From positions 900,001 through 932,000 of the forward strand of contig NZ_CP007754.1 of NCBI RefSeq assembly GCF_000757865.1: a stretch of 32,000 nucleotides of DNA, given 5' to 3'. The position numbers and the translations under genes were made by a program. This DNA comes from Prochlorococcus sp. MIT 0801 (GTDB lineage Bacteria; Cyanobacteriota; Cyanobacteriia; PCC-6307; Cyanobiaceae). Below the pieces are notes generated by a model. That model made no database searches, had not been told where the DNA came from, and worked only from the letters and a program-made list of their open reading frames with translations. Below, piece after piece: positions 29,049 to 32,000 of this stretch; the stretch's first letter is position 1, and each line of letters begins with the position of its first letter.

Positions 29049-30599
29049 ATGAATATGAAATACACAATTACAACACCACTATATTATGTTAACGATAAGC
29101 CTCATCTAGGTAGTTCATATACAACAATCGCTTGTGATGCGATAGCTCGTTTTGAAAGACTAAAGGGAAATACTGTCCTTTTTCTTACTGGTGTTGACGA
29201 ACATGGTCAGAAAATAGAGCGTACGGCAGAAAGCAAAAACCTTGAACCTCAACTACATTGCGATGAAATCACAGAAAAGTATAAGTATTTATGGGACAAA
29301 CTAAATATTAGTTACGATCGTTTCGTTAGAACAACTTCTATTGAACATACATCCTTGGTCCATCAATTTTATTCCAAAGTACTGAAATCTAATGATGTAT
29401 ACATGGGTAGGCAAAGTGGTTGGTATTGTGTTGGATGTGAGGAATATAAGGATGTTGAGGATAAAGATAAAAGTCCAATCTGCTCAATCCATAAAAAGGA
29501 ATTAGAGTGGAGAGATGAAGAGAATTTATTTTTTAAATTATCAAAATATCAAGATCAAATTGAAAAATTAATTCATGTCGATGGTTTCATATCTCCGAAA
29601 AGTAGAAAAAATGAAATTATAAATTTTGTCTCCAAGGGCTTAAGAGATTTCTCAATTTCAAGAGTAAACTTAAAATGGGGAATAAATGTTCCCGGAAATA
29701 TGGATCATACATTTTATGTATGGTTTGACGCATTACTTGGTTATGTTAGTGGATCTCTTAATGATCAATACTCACCGGAACTAACCGAAAAATCGTTATG
29801 TAATTGGCCTGCAAACATACATGTTATTGGTAAGGATATCCTCAGATTCCACGCTGTTTATTGGCCTGCAATGCTTCTGTCCGCAGGTATGAAAACACCA
29901 CGAAGTGTTTTTGGTCATGGGTTCTTAACTCGAGAAGGGCAGAAAATGGGTAAATCACTAGGTAACGTACTTGACCCCATTGAACTTCTGGAATATGGCG
30001 GGATCGATGCAATGAGATGGTATCTTCTAAGAGATATTGAATTTGGAGAAGATGGTGATTTTCAAATGAGAAGATTTGTTGATATCGTTAATAGTGATTT
30101 ATGTAATACTATTGGTAATTTATTAAATAGAACAATAACAATGTCGAAAAAATGGTTTAGAGAAAATATCCCAATAGATAATACTTTATCATCTAATTCT
30201 ACACTTAAAGTTCAATCAGAGAAAAAGATAATCGAATATATGGAGTCATTTAAGGATAGTAATTTTAAAAGCTCAGCTAATGCAATAATTGATTTAGCCA
30301 ATAGTGCAAATCTTTATTTAAATGATCGAGCACCATGGAAACTAATTAAGGATATTTCTAATAAAAATGTTGTAGCTCTTGATATTTATTCTGTTCTCGA
30401 ATCATGCCGGATTATTGGAATATTACTTAATCCGATTGTACCAAATTTAAGTAATAGAATATTAAAACAACTTAATATTGATACTTCAAATATAAATTTT
30501 AAAGATTCACTTCAATGGGGTTTATTAGATCCTAATAATGGATTACAGGATCCAACTCCTGTAATGGATAAGATTGAATTTAATGAGGAGGCTATATAG
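29049..30599 (+). CDS. metG: methionyl-tRNA synthetase
   Basis: 516-aa ORF with HIGH-type PHLGSSYT, KMSKS-type GQKMGKSLGN and a Cys knuckle CVGCEEY...CSIH. The start may be ATG 29055. Confidence 0.95.
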   Translation: MNMKYTITTPLYYVNDKPHLGSSYTTIACDAIARFERLKGNTVLFLTGVDEHGQKIERTAESKNLEPQLHCDEITEKYKYLWDKLNISYDRFVRTTSIEHTSLVHQFYSKVLKSNDVYMGRQSGWYCVGCEEYKDVEDKDKSPICSIHKKELEWRDEENLFFKLSKYQDQIEKLIHVDGFISPKSRKNEIINFVSKGLRDFSISRVNLKWGINVPGNMDHTFYVWFDALLGYVSGSLNDQYSPELTEKSLCNWPANIHVIGKDILRFHAVYWPAMLLSAGMKTPRSVFGHGFLTREGQKMGKSLGNVLDPIELLEYGGIDAMRWYLLRDIEFGEDGDFQMRRFVDIVNSDLCNTIGNLLNRTITMSKKWFRENIPIDNTLSSNSTLKVQSEKKIIEYMESFKDSNFKSSANAIIDLANSANLYLNDRAPWKLIKDISNKNVVALDIYSVLESCRIIGILLNPIVPNLSNRILKQLNIDTSNINFKDSLQWGLLDPNNGLQDPTPVMDKIEFNEEAI

Positions 30600-31258
30600 T
30601 GAAATCTTTCAATATCTATTTACTATTTATACTCACTATATTTCCACTATTAGGATGTCAGAAATCTAATAAATCAACTGCACAGGTTGATAACAAAAGC
30701 TATATTAATGATTTTGAACTACTTCAAGAAAATCCAAACAAAGAAACTAGTGTAAAAATTACTAGTCCAAAAGCCATAATTGATCCAACCATTAACGATA
30801 TAGAAATATACGAAAGTTCAATTGAAATAATGAATGAAAATGGAATAGACTTTCAAGTTGAATCTGGCAATGCAACCCTAAATAATTTATCAAATAATAT
30901 TAGAGTTTTTAATAATGTAAACATATCGTTCCTTAAAGATTCAGATTACAATATTAGCACTAATTCATTTAATTGGGATTTAAATACTTCAGTTATAGAT
31001 ATAAACAATCCACTTGATATAAATTTTGAAAATACCAAGATAAATGCATCTAAAGGATTTTATAATATCGACTCCAACCTACTTCAAATAGATAATACTA
31101 GATTTAATAGAAAAATAAATAATTCTGAAGGTGTAGAGGAATATCAAGTAGAAATAAAATCTGACTTTGCTAAATGGTTCAAGAATGATAATAAATTAGT
31201 ATTCACATCGAATGAGAAACAGGTTGAAACAACGATTAAATTTCTACTTACTAAGTAG
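30599..31258 (+). CDS. envelope lipoprotein, LptC/OstA-like (tentative)
   Basis: 219-aa ORF whose GTG start overlaps the metG stop (TAGTG). It has a signal peptide with lipobox LLGC and an N/S/I-rich beta-strand-like repeat pattern reminiscent of LptC-type beta-jellyroll proteins. Family assignment is weak. Confidence 0.45.
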   Translation: MKSFNIYLLFILTIFPLLGCQKSNKSTAQVDNKSYINDFELLQENPNKETSVKITSPKAIIDPTINDIEIYESSIEIMNENGIDFQVESGNATLNNLSNNIRVFNNVNISFLKDSDYNISTNSFNWDLNTSVIDINNPLDINFENTKINASKGFYNIDSNLLQIDNTRFNRKINNSEGVEEYQVEIKSDFAKWFKNDNKLVFTSNEKQVETTIKFLLTK

Positions 31259-31861
31259 AACGTATAACTTATCAGACCATCCTGAAATCCATTTCTCATC
31301 TGAATTTGTAAATGATCTCTTTGACCAGCCTCCAACTATAGTTAGGCCCCTATTAGAGAGAGGATAAACGATCACTGCAGGTAAATCAGTTAAAACGTCA
31401 TCAAATTCTTCTCTCCCTGGAAATAACTCTGTATTTACTAACGAAATAAGTCTTTTTTGATCAATAGCTCTATTACATATTTCTCCAGGTTTAAATTTAT
31501 TATTTGATATTAAGCCTCTTCTAAGTATAACTCTATTATCCCAATATATTAATATTGTACTTGCCGCTGTTGCAGTTAGTATTTGCTTGCTTCCCCATGC
31601 TAATTCATTTCTTTGATCTTCTGATAATTCATTGCAAAGTTCAAAACCTTCTTTTCCATTCAACTTTGCTTTTGAAGGTTGTTTAGGATTAATTTCGGTC
31701 CAGAGATAACCTATAGTTATTAATGCTATAGAAGAAATTCCAGATATAGTCTCTGCTCTTACTAGGCTTGGATTTACTTGATTAGTAGTAGCAATGTTTA
31801 TAATTGATAAAATTAATAGAAAAGCTCCAAATATAATAACTAAGCTTGAAATTTTATACAT
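31244..31861 (-). CDS. conserved membrane protein (possibly DUF2930 / CCB2-CCB4-like cytochrome b6f cofactor assembly)
   Basis: 205-aa ORF with two N-terminal TM helices followed by a soluble domain. The coding call is solid; the family call is from memory of the architecture only. Confidence 0.35.
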   Translation of the reverse strand: MYKISSLVIIFGAFLLILSIINIATTNQVNPSLVRAETISGISSIALITIGYLWTEINPKQPSKAKLNGKEGFELCNELSEDQRNELAWGSKQILTATAASTILIYWDNRVILRRGLISNNKFKPGEICNRAIDQKRLISLVNTELFPGREEFDDVLTDLPAVIVYPLSNRGLTIVGGWSKRSFTNSDEKWISGWSDKLYVLLSK

Positions 31862-32000
31862 TTATAAGTTCTAAAAAATTAAAAACTAAATATATTGAAT
31901 ATCTATTATACATTTCGATGTCAACTTTAATTTTTGCCTATATCGATATAATATAAAAAAATACTATTAATAGATAATCCAATTGCTCAACATATGATTA

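Noticed and set aside
31939-31950. 12-bp palindrome TATATCGATATA in the terminal spacer.
   Set aside because: Short AT-rich palindromes are expected by chance in this composition. The region is truncated by the window edge, so its context cannot be judged.
1-32000. Scan by eye for tRNA, rRNA, tmRNA, RNase P and SRP RNA signatures, CRISPR repeats, IS or transposase, integrase, toxin-antitoxin or restriction-modification genes, HIP1 (GCGATCGC) repeats and the Yfr1 ACTCCTCACAC motif.
   Set aside because: None was recognised. Apart from 20.9-24.6 kb, the window looks like ordinary core chromosome, so I do not claim a mobile or defence island.

Overview
This is an AT-rich segment (about 30% GC by eye). 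Its gene content and order fit a marine picocyanobacterium, most likely a high-light-adapted Prochlorococcus; that assignment rests on gene content only, with no database search. Most of the window is tightly packed core housekeeping genes: pgi, leuS, dapF, a NifS-like cysteine desulfurase, a DUF1995-like protein, dacB, coaD, a flavin-reductase-like protein, uvrC, hemJ, a PHP phosphoesterase, cobN, ilvE, metH, pheT, rpmG-rpsR-RNase II, metG, an LptC-like lipoprotein and a membrane protein. I found no rRNA, tRNA, CRISPR array, transposase, integrase or obvious defence genes. The one atypical stretch is 20.9-24.6 kb, between metH and pheT. Coding density there drops to about 58%, and the genes are small or uncharacterised. 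It holds a 78-aa very acidic ORF preceded by a leader that resembles the glutamine-binding riboswitch cores known from marine picocyanobacteria. It also holds a roughly 110-nt GC-rich island that looks like a structured RNA, an Ap4A phosphorylase, an untracked 59-aa ORF, and a protein fusing an N-terminal ribbon-helix-helix-like segment to a C-terminal J domain. A 714-bp convergent spacer there contains only a 50-aa ORF. The riboswitch-like leader with its acidic peptide is my best candidate for an undescribed regulatory module. All RNA calls come from reading the sequence by eye and need covariance-model and comparative checks.
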